A DNA stretch of 64,000 nt from Somniosus microcephalus (taxonomy: Eukaryota). Numbering within the stretch: position 1 is the first letter of the stretch; each line of letters starts with the position of its first letter. The translations under genes and the position numbers were made by a program. Of the stretch, positions 49,431 through 62,602 are shown piece by piece. The notes beneath the pieces were generated by a model. The model saw nothing but the letters and a program-made list of their open reading frames with translations. It was not told where the DNA came from and searched no databases. The DNA lies in assembly GCA_052327205.1 (NCBI GenBank), contig CM126228.1, positions 19,158,001 to 19,222,000 of the forward strand. Reading direction: 5' to 3'.

Positions 49431-50527
49431 GAGTCCTCATCAAATCTTGCAATCCAGTAGTGTTCAGTTTTTACAATTATCTCCGGGCCCACCCCTTGCT
49501 GATGCGAAGACATTTTGCTTCCCCCGAAGGCTCTTTGGCTACTTTAGGACTTACAACAGAGAAAAACAGTGAAGATGAAATCAACCTCATTGAGAGGAAA
49601 TTATTTTTCACCACAGCGAATGCCCATTTTAAAGTTGGTTGCCCTGTCTTGGCCCTTGAGGTGTTGTCTAAAATCCCAAAGGTCATGAAAAAATCAAAAA
49701 CATCCTTCAAAAGTGAAAACTGCAGGTTGAGTGTCAAAGGCCAAAATGGTGCTAAAACTGTACGTGCAGCAATACATGGAGGAAGCACTGAAGATGCTGA
49801 CTGGTCACAGACTGTAACAGGTTCATCTGGTCTGGACTGGGAAACCAGTAATTCTGTTAGCTTTGACTGGAGTGCGCCAGTAGTGACATTTGCTGAAGAA
49901 CCACTAAAACTTGAATGGGATGATAAAGAAGATGAATTTGAAGAGGAGGATGCAGGTGGGTTGACCATGAAAGTTGCAGAAATAGAGCATATAGCTAAAG
50001 ATGAGACAAAAGGTGCTCCTGAAGAGTCTCAAACTCTTCCGAGACAGGATTCCACTTCTGCTGACTCTCGGGTTGATGTAATAGCGGAGCAGTTAAAATT
50101 CAGAGCGTGCTTGAAAATTCTAATGACTGAACTTAGGACATTGGCTACAGGCTATGAAGTAGATGGAGGAAAACTCCGATTTCAACTGTACAACTGGTTA
50201 GAAAAAGAGATCTATGCTATGCATCAAATCTGCAATTATAAAACTGAAGTAGACTCTGCTGTTGAAATAGATAAAAATATCAGTAGCTCATTTGACCAGG
50301 AAGAATTAACTGAGAATACAGAAGGAGCTTCATATGAGAGGCATCAGATTGATCGGCGGAGGCTGCAAGCAAAGCAAGAACATGCAGAAAGACGGAAATG
50401 GTGGCTACGGAAAAATCAAGCTCTGCTTAGAGTGTTTCTAAGCTACTGCAGCTTGCATGGAGCTCAGGGTGGTGGCTTAGCCTCAGTCAGAATGGAACTT
50501 ATCTTTCTATTACAAGAATCACAGCAG
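49431..50527 (+). CDS. DMXL2: DMXL2 large exon (window exon 16)
   Basis: tttcag|GAGTC...CAGCAG|gtaaag; FSFYNYLRAHPLL...DVIAEQLKFRACLKILMTELRTLATGYEVDGGKLRFQLY...LLQESQQ; phase 1-0. Confidence 0.97.
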
Positions 50528-53277
50528 GTAAAGTACTCAAGAACTGCTTAGTAAATAAAGCAGTGAAATGCAGCCATAAGGTTTTAATTGTGCGAATCTA
50601 CAAGTCCTACTCACTGATGTATATGATGAAGTGACATATTATACTTCATGCCATTAGACAGTTTGTGTCTTCCTATTTTCCACTTTTTTCTCTTTGCTCT
50701 TGAATTATATTCCCCATCCCCAAAAAGAGAAAAGAACGGCGCTGCTGTTCATGGCCTCTGCCGACAGGAACAGGGCAGCAGCATAAATTGCAGTGCTGAA
50801 CTTGCCCTCCTGTTCCCCCTCCTGATCTGCCTGCTGACATTTCCGAGCCATCATGAAAATGGGCGGCCAGCGCGTCTGCCTGTTTCAGGCGGGAGCCTAC
50901 TTGTAATATGCAAAGTAGGATCCTACCCTTCCCCCGCCCCCACCCCAAACCCGGGCAATTACCTCCTCCTTTAAGTCTGAACTTACAATTTGGTTCTATG
51001 GAGGAACTGTTGGATTACCACCCCCCCCCCCCCCCCCCCCCCACCGGAAAGGGGGCCTGCCTGTGAGTGCTCGTTCAGCATTCGCAGCTCACCAATATTA
51101 TGCAGATGAGGCCCATCCATCAAAATGCCTCGGGGGGGGGGGGGGTTCGCACACCGAAAATGAAAATCGGACCCAATACCTCTCCTGTGGTATGTGGCTA
51201 TATGCTAACACTGAGAAGCCACAAAGTCTTTTCAAAGAATAAGCATCCATTGATATACTGTAGAGGGAAACACCCAGGATCACACTTGTGCGCTGGTATA
51301 ATGTCAAATTGTCTTTGGGTCTGGCATTGCATCCTGCAGAGTTTTTGTGCTATTCTGCAATCTCTTGAAGGTAAATTCACCATCTTTATCCCTACATTGA
51401 TCTCCCAGTAGAGCATCTTAGCACAGATAGCATTTGTTTCCCTCAACTCCAGCCAACACTCTCCCTTTCAGGTACATCTGGAGATCCTGTCCTTTAAGAA
51501 TCACAAGCTGCTAAAATCAGAAATCTGTCTGGCCAATCAGCGGGAAATGTATGTGGCATTCAATTTCGATTAGAATGGCGGCGACAAATGATTTATGAAT
51601 GACCTCGCTGTAAAGTTTACCAAAATTGATCAGATAGCCAGATCTTAGATGCTGCATATCGCTATTACTTCCATAAAGCAAAACTAAACCAACTTTGTCC
51701 CATGTTATAAATACATTTTTTTACATGCTATTCATTTTGTGTTGACATTTATTTCAGTTCTTAACCAGGGTTTTAAACGTCACTGCAGACAGTAAATGGG
51801 GATTTTGATATCTGGCATCTGAACAGTATGTGTTGGAGTGAGAGCACTGAGGTTTGGTCTGTATTGCTCGCTAAACTCACAAACTGAGTTTTGGAAATCG
51901 ATAATCCTGTCACTGGCAAAATAGTCCTCATATTTCAAATACCCTTCCACTCATTATTCTTTGCTACCCACTCCCCTTCCCCCCACATTCTTTTGCCTCC
52001 CTTCTGTCCTGAAGGTGTTAACTCATGATGGGATACAGTCCCATGAGTGCTAGCAGTGCACTAGTGCTGCACCCAAAGTTTTCGTGTGGTTGCATCTAGG
52101 AAAGACAGTCACACGCAGTATCCCCCGATTTACAGGTAACATCCACGACTAGTGGGCATTGGACGGGTTTGGCTGCTTCCTTCTACTTGATCTAATAATA
52201 GTCATTTAAGTTACCATTAATTATTTTAGGATATTAGTTTAGACAGACCATGAAAGAAAAAAAAAAGAAAGCCGTGCATTTATATAGCTGCTTTCACGAC
52301 CTCAGGACGTCCCAAAGTGCTTTACAGCCAATGAAGTACTTTTTAAAGTGTAGTCACTGTTATAATGTTGGAAACTGTTATCATGTCATTGCTTATAGAT
52401 GTTCATGGTGACATTGGGCTTCCTGCATGCCATCTATCACCACTCTGTACAAAATAGAACAATCACCACCTCTGCAGCAAGTTAGTGAAGATTTTGCAGT
52501 TCATGAGGATGATGGAGCTGGGGCTATAACTTCCCCCACCCTGGACATTTCTTGGCTTTGTGTGTAATTTTTTTTTTAAAGCAAGATATTCTTCTTGAAC
52601 ATAACAGACATTGGAGAAAGATCCCTGTAATTACCTTAGTGTCACCTTTGTGTATCGCTCCTTTCTCACTTCACCCATCAAAAATTGTATAAATCCAACT
52701 CAGTAAAAATTACACTTATGTACTTTAAAAAAAAACTAGAATACAACTGATGAATATTGACTATAACTGCTGCTTAAGCCCTGAGAAGTTCATAGCTCAC
52801 CGCACGCCCATTGTAACTACTTTTACATGCCGTATGTGAGGCCAATTGGTTTCAGTCTTCACAGAAAAAAAATTAATTTGGAATGTGATCCCAAGACACT
52901 AATAAAAATACTGAAATACAATGTAGTAAAAAGCAATCTAACTTACTGTATTCAGTTGCCTTGGAGCAGTGGCATTAGTCATAGACCTTTATCCAGGGCT
53001 GTTTTTCACTTGTACTTTTTTGGGGCTGCCACATCCAGACTTTTTTTTCCACATGCATGATATTTTATAAAAAAATTTATGTCACATTTGTACAACGTAG
53101 AATTTATTAAGCAGGTTATCAGTAAAGAATCCGTATTCCACCAACATGTTTTCTTCACCATGAACAGGTTGTCCTGTCTGTATCACTAGGAGCTTTTACA
53201 GCATTTGAGTACAGTGTTAATCCATTATACAGCTGCACATATGATTATGTCTAATATTGATTTTACTCCTCTGATAG

Positions 53278-53469
53278 GAAACTACTGTGAAACAGCTTCA
53301 GTCTCCTCTTCCTTTACCGACCACTTTGCCCCTCCTTTCTGCAAGCATTGCTTCAACCAAAACTGTGATAGCCAACCCTGTCATGCATTTGAGTAACCAC
53401 ATCCATGATGTCTTGTACACCGTGGTACAAATGAGTTTTCCACCTCTTCCAGGTCTTAAGGATGAAAAG
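53278..53469 (+). CDS. DMXL2: DMXL2 exon (window exon 17)
   Basis: tgatag|GAAACT...GAAAAG|gtaaca; ETTVKQLQSPLPLPTTLPLLSASIASTKTVIANP; phase 0-0. Confidence 0.95.
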
Positions 53470-54034
53470 GTAACAATTTGATTATGGCTTGCAGTCTTTG
53501 AAAACGCTAATAGTATTGGTTACAGTAGTTAGTTTACTTGTGAAGTTCATCTTTAGGAAAATAGAAACCTGCCAGTGGGGTTCATATCCTCCTTTGAGGG
53601 AAGGAGAAGATAGTTTTCTTTGGGTTGAAGATAACACATCATCTACAGTACTTCAGGGCACGGTTGATGTCTGTCAACCAGTTTGCCTCATTAGTGGGAC
53701 TGAGAAAGGTAGACTTATCACTGCGGACTGGCATTCTTCCCACTTGTCTCCAGTTAGCTTTTTAAAACATACACTGCTTTAATATGTAAGTTGTTCCCGA
53801 CTAAACGAGCTGCAGACTGTACGGTTTTAGCTGGTTAAATTCCAGCAGTATACTTAGGGATCATTAACCCTTGGCTTTTCCAACATGTGCCAAACATTGT
53901 TTTTAAGCATTGTATTTAGTCATTAAAGCACTATCTGCTGAAAGGATGAGGCAATACAGACCATTATTTAGATTGATGTGAGGTGTTTCCCCCAGCTATC
54001 CTTTAACTTTTGAATGTATCGCATTCTTTATTAG

Positions 54035-54111
54035 GTTTTCATTCTGCACACTTTGGCAGCTTCACTCTCCGCCTGCATTTACCAATCTCTATGTGACAGC
54101 CACAGCTACAG
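54035..54111 (+). CDS. DMXL2: DMXL2 exon (window exon 18)
   Basis: tattag|GTTTTC...TACAG|gtaaat; VFILHTLAASLSACIYQSLCDSHSYS; phase 0-2. Confidence 0.94.
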
Positions 54112-54415
54112 GTAAATTTATTCATTATAATGACATCCTTCAAACTGTGTAGTGGGGATAGAATGATTCTATCAGTTTTACAGTAAGACGTCTTCACAAA
54201 GAAAAATGGTGCTTGAGATCCAATTGACTGATCCAGCTATTTTATAATAAATCAAAAATGAATTTATAGCTAGACTTAAATGAATATCTCCACATTGGTT
54301 TCTATATAGTAGTGATTCTGGAGTGGTTAGTTTGTCCTTTTAATAAGAAGCAACAGAAGTTTGTGTTCAGTTTATAGAAAGGACTTTTTTTTTAATAATT
54401 TTTTTCTGTTAACAG

Positions 54416-54543
54416 TCAAACCGCTACAAACCTGTTTACAGGAATGGTTTATCAGGGACTTCTGTTGGGTGAAAGACGTAGACTGCGGACTGAAAGCATT
54501 GAAGAGCATGTAACTCCAAACTCTTCACCTTCACATTGGCCTG
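54416..54543 (+). CDS. DMXL2: DMXL2 exon (window exon 19)
   Basis: taacag|TCAAA...CCTG|gtaaga; FTGMVYQGLLLGERRRLRTESIEEHVTPNSSPSHWP; phase 2-1. Confidence 0.94.
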
Positions 54544-54716
54544 GTAAGATGGAAGAATATGTTTGTAAGATTAAAATTTAATCAAATATAAACCTTGTGT
54601 TTTTTCTTCTTGAAGACTGGTTATGTATGGACAAGATGTCAACTACTCACTTAAGCTACAAGAATGTTTTCTTCCTGCTTGACTAGTTAATAAAGTATCC
54701 CATTTGTTTCTTCCAG

Positions 54717-54965
54717 GTGTTTCATCACTGATTAATCTTCTTGGAACAGCTCAGGAAGATGATCAACCTAAATTGAATGTGTTGCTTTGTGAGGCAGTGA
54801 TTGGTGTCTATCTAAGCCTTTTGATCCATGGTCTTGCTACTCAAGATAGTAACGAGCTCTTTCGATTAGTTGCTCATCCACTAAATAATCGAACCTGGGC
54901 TGCAGTATTTGGAGGAGGTGCAAAAACTATAATAAAACCTAAAAAACGGCCAGAACTTACACCAG
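54717..54965 (+). CDS. DMXL2: DMXL2 exon (window exon 20)
   Basis: ttccag|GTGTT...CCAG|gtaggt; VSSLINLL...LLCEAVIGVYLSLLIH...WAAVFGGG; phase 1-1. Confidence 0.95.
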
Positions 54966-55743
54966 GTAGGTCAATTTCCTGTAAAACAACAGCAACAACT
55001 TGCATTTATATAGCGCATTTAACATAGTACAACATCCCAAGGAGCTTCACACGAAGTTCTGTCCTGAATTGTTAGGTTTTGACTCTGGCACCACAGCCAG
55101 ATATATATTGATCCTGTTCAGCCTACTTTTGTACTCCCTTCATGTGCTGTCAGTATGGAGTGATCCATGAATGTTGCTACTTTCAAAATTATTTTACGTC
55201 TTTTATTAGGTCTCATTTGTTGCATTGCTATTGACGGTGCTGGATGTTTTAAAATTGTATCTTTCATCACATTTGGGAATTATTTTTTTCCCTCTTCTGG
55301 TTTGCAAGCTCGAAACCTTATTTTGCCTGTTATGAAATTCTTTGTGAACATTTTTTAACAGCTTCCTATACCCATATGCTCTGTCTCCATCTGTGATGGT
55401 GAGCTTTTCCAACAGTAATACATCTGCATTCAAAGTAGCAATAAAATCTTGAACTCTTCCCAGTCTCCATCCCTCAATACGAGACAGTATTTATTGAGTA
55501 GATGACCATTGACAGTGTTGAGGTTCCCTTTTAAAAGAGTGCAGCGGTTTAACTTTATTCAGTGTAAAATTATTGGATAAAATTGTCATTTAAAAACAAT
55601 AATCTTCATTCACCAAGTATTTGAGTTTGGTAAATATAAAGTCCATTGCAGACGTACCTTTCCAGCATCAACCATTGCAGAATTAGCTGCCATTTAAATT
55701 TGAGTAGCAGGTATTTTTAAACAAAACCTAATTTATGGTGCAG

Positions 55744-55866
55744 GTAAACCAAATGTTTCAACTGTACCAAATTTGGAGCAAAATGTTGCCTTGAAGACAG
55801 AACCAGTAGCTGTGTCTGTGTCTCCCAGCTGTGAGACTGGGGCACAACACACACCAGGACTGGATG
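55744..55866 (+). CDS. DMXL2: Candidate alternative (cassette) DMXL2 exon, 41 codons
   Basis: cctaat branch-like motif, ggtgcag|GTAAA...GGATG|gtgagt; 123 nt, phase 1-1, stop-free: GKPNVSTVPNLEQNVALKTEPVAVSVSPSCETGAQHTPGLD. No homology support that I can recall. Confidence 0.5.
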
Positions 55867-57006
55867 GTGAGTGACAGTGTTGGCTGCTGTGGCGTTTTGT
55901 GTGCATTTCTTAGTTTTGCACTTTTCCTGCCCTGTGTGTAACTTTCTTCTTCCTTCTCCTCTTCCCAAAAATTCTGTAGATCTGTAAATAAAGCTACGTT
56001 TCAGAAAAATGCTAGCAAATTTAAACTTCCCTAAAGCTGCTGTCCAATCTCAAAGGTGCATTTTATTGTAAGAATACACTTTATTGATTAGCTTTTAATA
56101 TTTCACTAAACATTTTGGAAAAGGATATCACTTTGTAACTAACATTGAGATTAAAAACAACATAATTTGGAGTGTAGTGCAAGACTGACATAATTGAGAG
56201 GTTCAGTGGTGTCTGATCATAATCGCAAAACTATAGTGAATTAACAAAATTATCTAACCCTGCTGTTTTACAAGGCATGCTATTTGGCTGTTAGCTGTAA
56301 ACTAAAATTCACTGGGGGTCATTTGAACACAACTTGCCAGCGGAAAATTGACTGGATCGGGTTGACACAGATTTGACGGCCCATCCGAATTTACTCACCA
56401 TTTATTTAAGGTGTAACTACTGATGTAATGCTGATTTCAACTTGGACTGTTGATCGAACTTCTGCAAAGTTTTTTTTTTAAACTGAAATAAATTTTGGGA
56501 CTGCACTCCGATATCAGCTAGAAAATGAATTTCCTGTGCATTTGAATAGAATTTTGAGTTTGTACAAAATAAGGATTTTAATTGAACTTCAATTGATTAT
56601 CGGCTTTCGGATCAGCTGATCAATGTATGTTCCCCTTTCTCACCTAAACAAAGATTTGTGTGGAATCGGTGCTAACTTTCTTGCTTTTCATTTGAAAGCA
56701 TATTTAAAGTTTTAGATTAATTTTAAATATATTCCGTGTTTATGGTGATTGAAACAAACAGTATTAATAATTAGGACAATATAGAGCTTTTGTGCTATAT
56801 TTGAGTATGATGCTGGTCAAGTTTAGATGATGACTCTTGAATGTCTGGTACAGAGCTACCAGTCTTTGTTTGGACTATCAATACTGTATAAGGATCTTGG
56901 GAGGATAATGCTAAACTGAGCTGTTTAGGTCAACCATTATTATCTATATATGCAACTACACCGCCAAAGATTCCTCGCAGCATATCTATCACATTGCTCT
57001 GAACAG

Positions 57007-57179
57007 TTCCTCCAGAGGACATTGACCGATATCGACGAAGGTTTAACATGAAGATGTTGGTTCCTGGTAGACCTGTAAAAGAGGCTTCAACACCCCCACC
57101 TGTGCCTGCAGAGAGACCGTCGTACAAAGAAAAATTTATTCCACCTGAGCTCAGTATGTGGGATTATTTTGTAGCCAAG
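57007..57179 (+). CDS. DMXL2: DMXL2 exon (window exon 21)
   Basis: gaacag|TTCCT...GCCAAG|gtgaga; PPEDIDRYRRRFNMKMLVPGRP...FIPPELSMWDYFVAK; phase 1-0. Confidence 0.9.
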
Positions 57180-57615
57180 GTGAGAACGGTATATTTAAAA
57201 TGTAATGTAATTATTTTATTAATCCACTAATATTTTGATTAATTCAGCCATATCTTGAATGTGTTTCAATCTTCTTGTAGCATTTTGCTTGATTTAATGG
57301 ATGTTGATGAATTCCAAAGTTTAGTTTTTCTTGCACCATGAATGTATTATGTACTTGTAACCATAAAGCTTATAAAATCCAGTTACTGTACAATGATCAG
57401 CTTTTATGCCCATATTTGTTAACATAGAAAATAACAAATGTCTCTGACAAATTCTGTACATAAACAGCTGCAGAATAGTGGAGCAAATTGCTCATTGAAC
57501 ACATTGCATCATTATTGAATTTAACCAGGAAAGCATAAATCTTGTCAACTGCCATACATTTTTGAAATTCTTCACCTGATCCCATTTTAATCTGTTGTTG
57601 TATTTGTGCTTTAAG

Positions 57616-57755
57616 CCGTTCCTACCGCCATCTGAGAGTGGCTTTCTGTATGATTCCGATGAAAGTATCCCTAGTGATGATGATGATGAGGACGATGATG
57701 ATGCTTTTATTTCTGATACTCAGCTGCAAGAGCATTCAGATGCTAACTCTTACAG
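57616..57755 (+). CDS. DMXL2: DMXL2 exon (window exon 22)
   Basis: tttaag|CCGTTC...TACAG|gttagt; PFLPPSESGFLYDSDES...QEHSDANSYS; phase 0-2. Confidence 0.93.
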
Positions 57756-58565
57756 GTTAGTTACAAAGATCTTTGTTGCAATAACAATTGCGTCGTGCAA
57801 TATTTAAATCTACATATAAAAAGCCAATAGACAAAAGTCATTTGCAGAATTGTTTGTTTAAACCTAGCTGTTTTAAGAGGCTTTAGTATGTATATTTTAT
57901 AAGATTGGCAGTGTATAATTCAGTTTCGAGGGGGATAAAGTGTAGGGGGAGTTCTTTCTATTCCATTCTTTCTATTCAAAGTATTTCCCCCTTTTTATAC
58001 AAGTAAATGATGCTCTCTCCAGATGTCAGTTTTATCACTAACCTAGTGATAGGCTCCCTATTTCCTAGGCCTCTCCACTGATCGCGATTCGGGTTTAGGC
58101 AGCGAAGGGAGAAGAATATAGGGACATGAACAGACAATGTTCTGGAGTGAAAACTATAGGCTTCATGACTGGATGTAGGGTAACGAGGTCATCCTGTTAT
58201 TGAGCACAGCGGCAAGGTTATGCACCACTACTATGACTTGACCGGGCAACCAGGAAGGTTGATGGAGCTGGAGCCAGAAACTTGTAAATGCCAAAGAAGA
58301 ATTTGCAAAGCTATAAAGGGGATTCCCAGGACCAGGTGGCTTCGGCTGGGCCGGCCCAGATCTCAGACGGGTCTAAAGACACACCCATGTCCTCCTGTTG
58401 TTTGCAGTGGAGCTGTAAAGAAGTTCCCCATCATTTATTTCATTGGAGTTACCTAGCAGGGAGGATGGCTCTAGTTGGGAGTCTCCAATTTAGCCCTAAT
58501 GTTGATGTTTGTAAAATAAAAAAATGTTGAAGTATCTGGTAATGCCGTTTGCATTTATTTTACAG

Positions 58566-58651
58566 TTGGGCTCTGATCCGTTTAGGAATGGTTAAGCTGG
58601 CACTGAACAATGTGAAAAACTTCTTCCCCATTGTAGGATTGGAGTTTGCAG
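58566..58651 (+). CDS. DMXL2: DMXL2 exon (window exon 23)
   Basis: ttacag|TTGGG...GCAG|gtatgg; WALIRLGMVKLALNNVKNFFPIVGLEFA; phase 2-1. Confidence 0.94.
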
Positions 58652-59564
58652 GTATGGTACTTTTCTATTGAAGTAGTTATTTGAATTATTGTGTGAAAAT
58701 TAAAACAAATCACCCTGCATTTGAAACAAAACCATAAACTGGAATTCGAAAAGGCTTTCATAGTTTATTCTTTGTAATTACTGAATAACTAATGTTTAAC
58801 TTTTTGCTCCTTTTATAAAAAGGAGCCTTTCGTGGAGGCAGTTGTTACTGAGCTGTTAGAAGGTTTAAAATACTTTGTATTTGTGGTTTTATTACATCAT
58901 TATTTTCTTATACATTTAGGGATAGTTGTAAAAGTTTTAACATTTTAATACTTTTAAGTAAACTAATTTGAAGTACTAGGAACAGATTTAAAATGGTGCT
59001 TATTTCACACTGATGTAGCAAACATTTCCAATCCATAAAGCAGCTGCAAGTGTTAATCTTACAAAAATAACCTGGTGCATGATTCCTTCACAGCCTTCAT
59101 TAGTTCTAAAGAATTCCAAAACTGTTGTAACTTGAAAATTTTTAATTCTGTCTAAGGAAATCCAGTAAAGTATGGTTTATATATGGCTGGGATAATAGGC
59201 TACTAACAGACTGAAGCCTGTGGTTCTGCACATCCATATCTTCCATTGACAGTGCTAAAGGGGGAAAAATATCCAATCAGGTGTGAGCAGCATCAGTTTT
59301 TCTTCAAACTTTCTTATAATGCGACCTTTGAGAAAAAAATGACCCTCTGAATTTTTTCTTCTGGGGGAAATGCAAACTTGTCCCATGGTGATGTACAATT
59401 TAGTGTTCTAAAAACCAAGTCAAATTTTAATAAAATATCTACTTCTGACAAATTTGTTCCAATTAAGATTTCATATTTGCACAGTGATCTAGTAATTGTA
59501 CACATATTAAATTGACCTTTGAGCTGTTCAAAAGAATGATGGTTGATACCATACCTTATTTTGT

Positions 59565-60435
59565 ATAGATTCATAAAATAGTACAGCAGAGAAGGAGGCC
59601 ATTCGGCCCATCGAGTCTGCGCCGGCTCTTTCAAAGAACAATCCAGTTAGACCCATTCCCCTGCTCTATCCCCATATCCCTGCATTTTTTTCCTTAAGTA
59701 TGTATCCAATTCCCTTTTGAAGGCTACTATTGAATCTGTATCCATCACCCGATCAGGCAGGGCATTCCAAACTCTAACCTCTCGTTGCATAAAAATGTTT
59801 TTCCTCACATCGCCTCTGGTTCTATTGCCAATCACCAATCTGTGCCCTTTCGTTATCGACCCTTCAGCCATTGGAAACAGTTTCTCTTTAAAATCATGAC
59901 GGGTTTAGATAAAGTAAATAAACACCGCCATCAAATCTCCTCTTGGCCTTCTCCTCTAAACACCCAGCTTTTCCAGTCTATCCACATAACTGTAATCCCT
60001 CATCCCTGGAACCATTCTAGTAAATCTCTCCTGTACCCTCTCCAAAGCCCCCTCAAGTGTGGTATCCAGAATTGGACACAATACTCCAGTTGGGGCCGAA
60101 CTAGTGTTTTATATAGGTTTAGCATAGCTTCCTGGCTTTTGTACTCTGTCTTTTATTTGTAAAGCCCAGGGTCCCATATACTTTATTAACTGCTTTGTCA
60201 ACCTGTCCTGCCACCTTCAAAGATTTGTGTACAAGCACCCCCAGGTGTCTCTATTTTTTCACCCACTTTAAAATTGTTACATTTTACATGTATTGTCTCT
60301 CCTCATTCCTCCTACCAAAATGTATCAACTCTCACTTTTTTGAGTTGAATTTCATCAGCCATGTGTCCGCCCATTCCACCAGCCTGTCTACGTCCTCTTC
60401 AAGTCTATTACTATCTTCCTCACTGTTTACTACAC
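59565..60435 (-). mobile_element. CR1 LINE 3' fragment
   Basis: Minus strand LYKTLVRPQLEYCVQFW and VRVWNALPDRV; 3' UTR GGGCCGAATGGCCTCCTTCT. Confidence 0.9.
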
Positions 60436-60890
60436 ACTGTTTGTATTTGTGTGTGTGTGTGTTTTGTTTTTGATGTAAACAACAATTGTGAATGATCTCA
60501 TAGGTTGAACTGGCTGGAGAGTTTTATTTAATATAAACGAATACTATGGTGAAATTCTTCAGCATTTACTCAAGAAATTTATGAAATGTGCAAAATTAAA
60601 AAGAAAACTCAATAGTTGTTAATTGCTTTAGTAATAAAAATGTAATTTTAAAAAGTGTAAATTTCACTGCTCACCAAAAAGTCAGATCACATGCAAAAAT
60701 TAGGAATAACTGGTCTTTTCACCCTAACAGTATTCACTTTGATTTTGAAAAGCAGAATATTGTTAGACTACGGTTTACATTTTGGAAGGAAGTGAAAACA
60801 GTTTTAAAAGTGGCTTTCAATTTTGCTGATTAATCCAATAATGTCATTAGTTTTGTATTCCTCAAAATAAATGTCTGTCTTTGTTCACAG

Positions 60891-61092
60891 ATCTCCCAGT
60901 AACTTCACCATTGGGTAATGCTGTTATTAAAACCTTGGAAAACTGGCAACAATTACTTCAGGCGAAAATGGAGCAATTTGAAGGCCCACCTCCAAACTAC
61001 ATTAACACCTATCCTAGTGATCTCTCTGCAGCTGGTGGACCAGCCATTCTGCGACACAAAGCAATGCTTGAACCAGAAAACACACCATTCAA
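60891..61092 (+). CDS. DMXL2: DMXL2 exon (window exon 24)
   Basis: tcacag|ATCTC...TTCAA|gtaagg; LPVTSPLGNAVIKTLENW...GPAILRHKAMLEPENTPFK; phase 1-2. Confidence 0.95.
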
Positions 61093-61479
61093 GTAAGGGA
61101 ACAAACAGAAAAGATCATTTGAGAAGGTCAAATAAGCATTTTGGTAATTCTGTGATTACCTCTGTCTTCAGTGTGTACCCTGAAAATATCTCCATAGTAT
61201 AAATGCACTAGGTATTTTCAAAACAAGCAAGCTGTTCGAGAGTCAAACTTTACTGTCCTAAATCCCTTGAAAAAGAAACAAAGGTCACAAGATACAAACT
61301 CATTGCCAAAAACTCTTTCATCATAGAAGAAAGTTACTAGAATAGCTAATGAAATATCAAAAGAGTAACCTCTCGATGACAGTTCTCGTTAAAGTCTGGG
61401 TTTAATTTGCTGGATCCAACTTCCCCATACCCATGAAAATTTTAGTCATCTATCGAGTCATTCTCCTCTTCCCCAGAGA

Positions 61480-61800
61480 GTCTGTCCGAGGGAAGACCAT
61501 CTTTCCTCATAATTCAGTCCTCTCAGTTCAGGAATTGCCCTCATAGCCCTCCTCTAGACTTCTAATAATTCCATATCTTTCCTGAAATACAGAGGCCAAA
61601 GCTGAACACCAGTTGCAATCTTACCACGGTCAGATACAACTTCGACAGCACCTCCTTAGAATTATCAATCACACCTTTAGCTATACAACCCAACATTTTG
61701 TTTGATTTCTTCACAACCTGCTAACGGTGAACTGGCCATTTTAATGACTTATCCACCAAAAGCTCCCAGATCTCTTTCCTGATTTGTTAATTTGAGCACT
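61480..61800 (-). mobile_element. Old CR1 RT fragment
   Basis: Minus strand degenerate EVLSKLYLTVVRLQL...RAMRAIPELRGLNYEER. Confidence 0.6.
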
Positions 61801-61807
61801 GTTTAAT

Positions 61808-62602
61808 GGCCTGGAATTTGTGGTCAGGCAGATGACGAACTGGCAGCGTTTCGCTGTTATTCCGCCTTTGAAACTGACCGCCGCCTTTGAAACTGACTGC
61901 AACTTCGGGATTTGGCGCAGGCGCGTGCGGAAATCCTGAAGTTGCGGTCTGTCAATGACCCCTCCAAAACAGGCTGTGATGTGCCACCCCCTCCCCCGCC
62001 ACACAGCCGGCAATCGGCAAAATCTCGTAAATCATTGAAACTGACGAAAACTTTGGCTCTTCCGCAGTAATTACGCTGTTAAATTCCCCACTAAAAGTTA
62101 GACCCAAAGGGATTAGGTGTAACTGGGGTTTTAACAGCGTATTGGCTGCTAAACAAATGTTATGGGCCTGGAAAACTAATTTAAATTTTGTGCAGTGTGA
62201 AACTTGTCCATTTTAATAAAAATGAACATTTTGAAGAAACTTTGCAAAATAAAGTTTTTTTTTTAAAGCTTGTTCATCTTTTCAGATTCCAGATTTGCCT
62301 TTTCCCCCTGTGCATGAGCCCCAATCTTTCTTTTGCTCTCTCTAACTATTTTAAAAGTTAGACTATTAAGGGCTTACTCACTTCCTTTGTTCGCTGTCTG
62401 TGAAAATTCTGCCTTTTGATTAGCTGCGTAGACACCCTGTTGGCATCACAGTTCAAACAAGGGGATCCCCATTAAGTTCTGTTGAATTGAATTGAAGGTC
62501 GGAAAACCCGAAGTTCTCGACACAGAGATTGCGAGATCCTTGTGCGGAGCGCACTTCGGAGCCAGCAGCCTTCGCTTTGCCACTGGCTGCAAATTCCGGG
62601 CC
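61808..62602. mobile_element. MITE family D, inverted relative to 44854-45628
   Basis: AAT|GGCCTGGAATTTG ... GCAAATTCCGGGCC|AAT; internal blocks mirror 44854-45628. Confidence 0.88.

Noticed and set aside
56929-57006. Upstream extension of exon 21 from the acceptor at 56928 or 56980
   Set aside because: The first is in frame but meets TGA at 57000-57002; the second is out of frame.
3754-61092. Assignment to the paralogue DMXL1
   Set aside because: Segments such as TIHHLKHLR, DSRVSVDSNLFVY, VITLPLGGSIKQG and ETTVKQLQSPLPLPTTLPLL match DMXL2 as recalled; a phylogeny would confirm.
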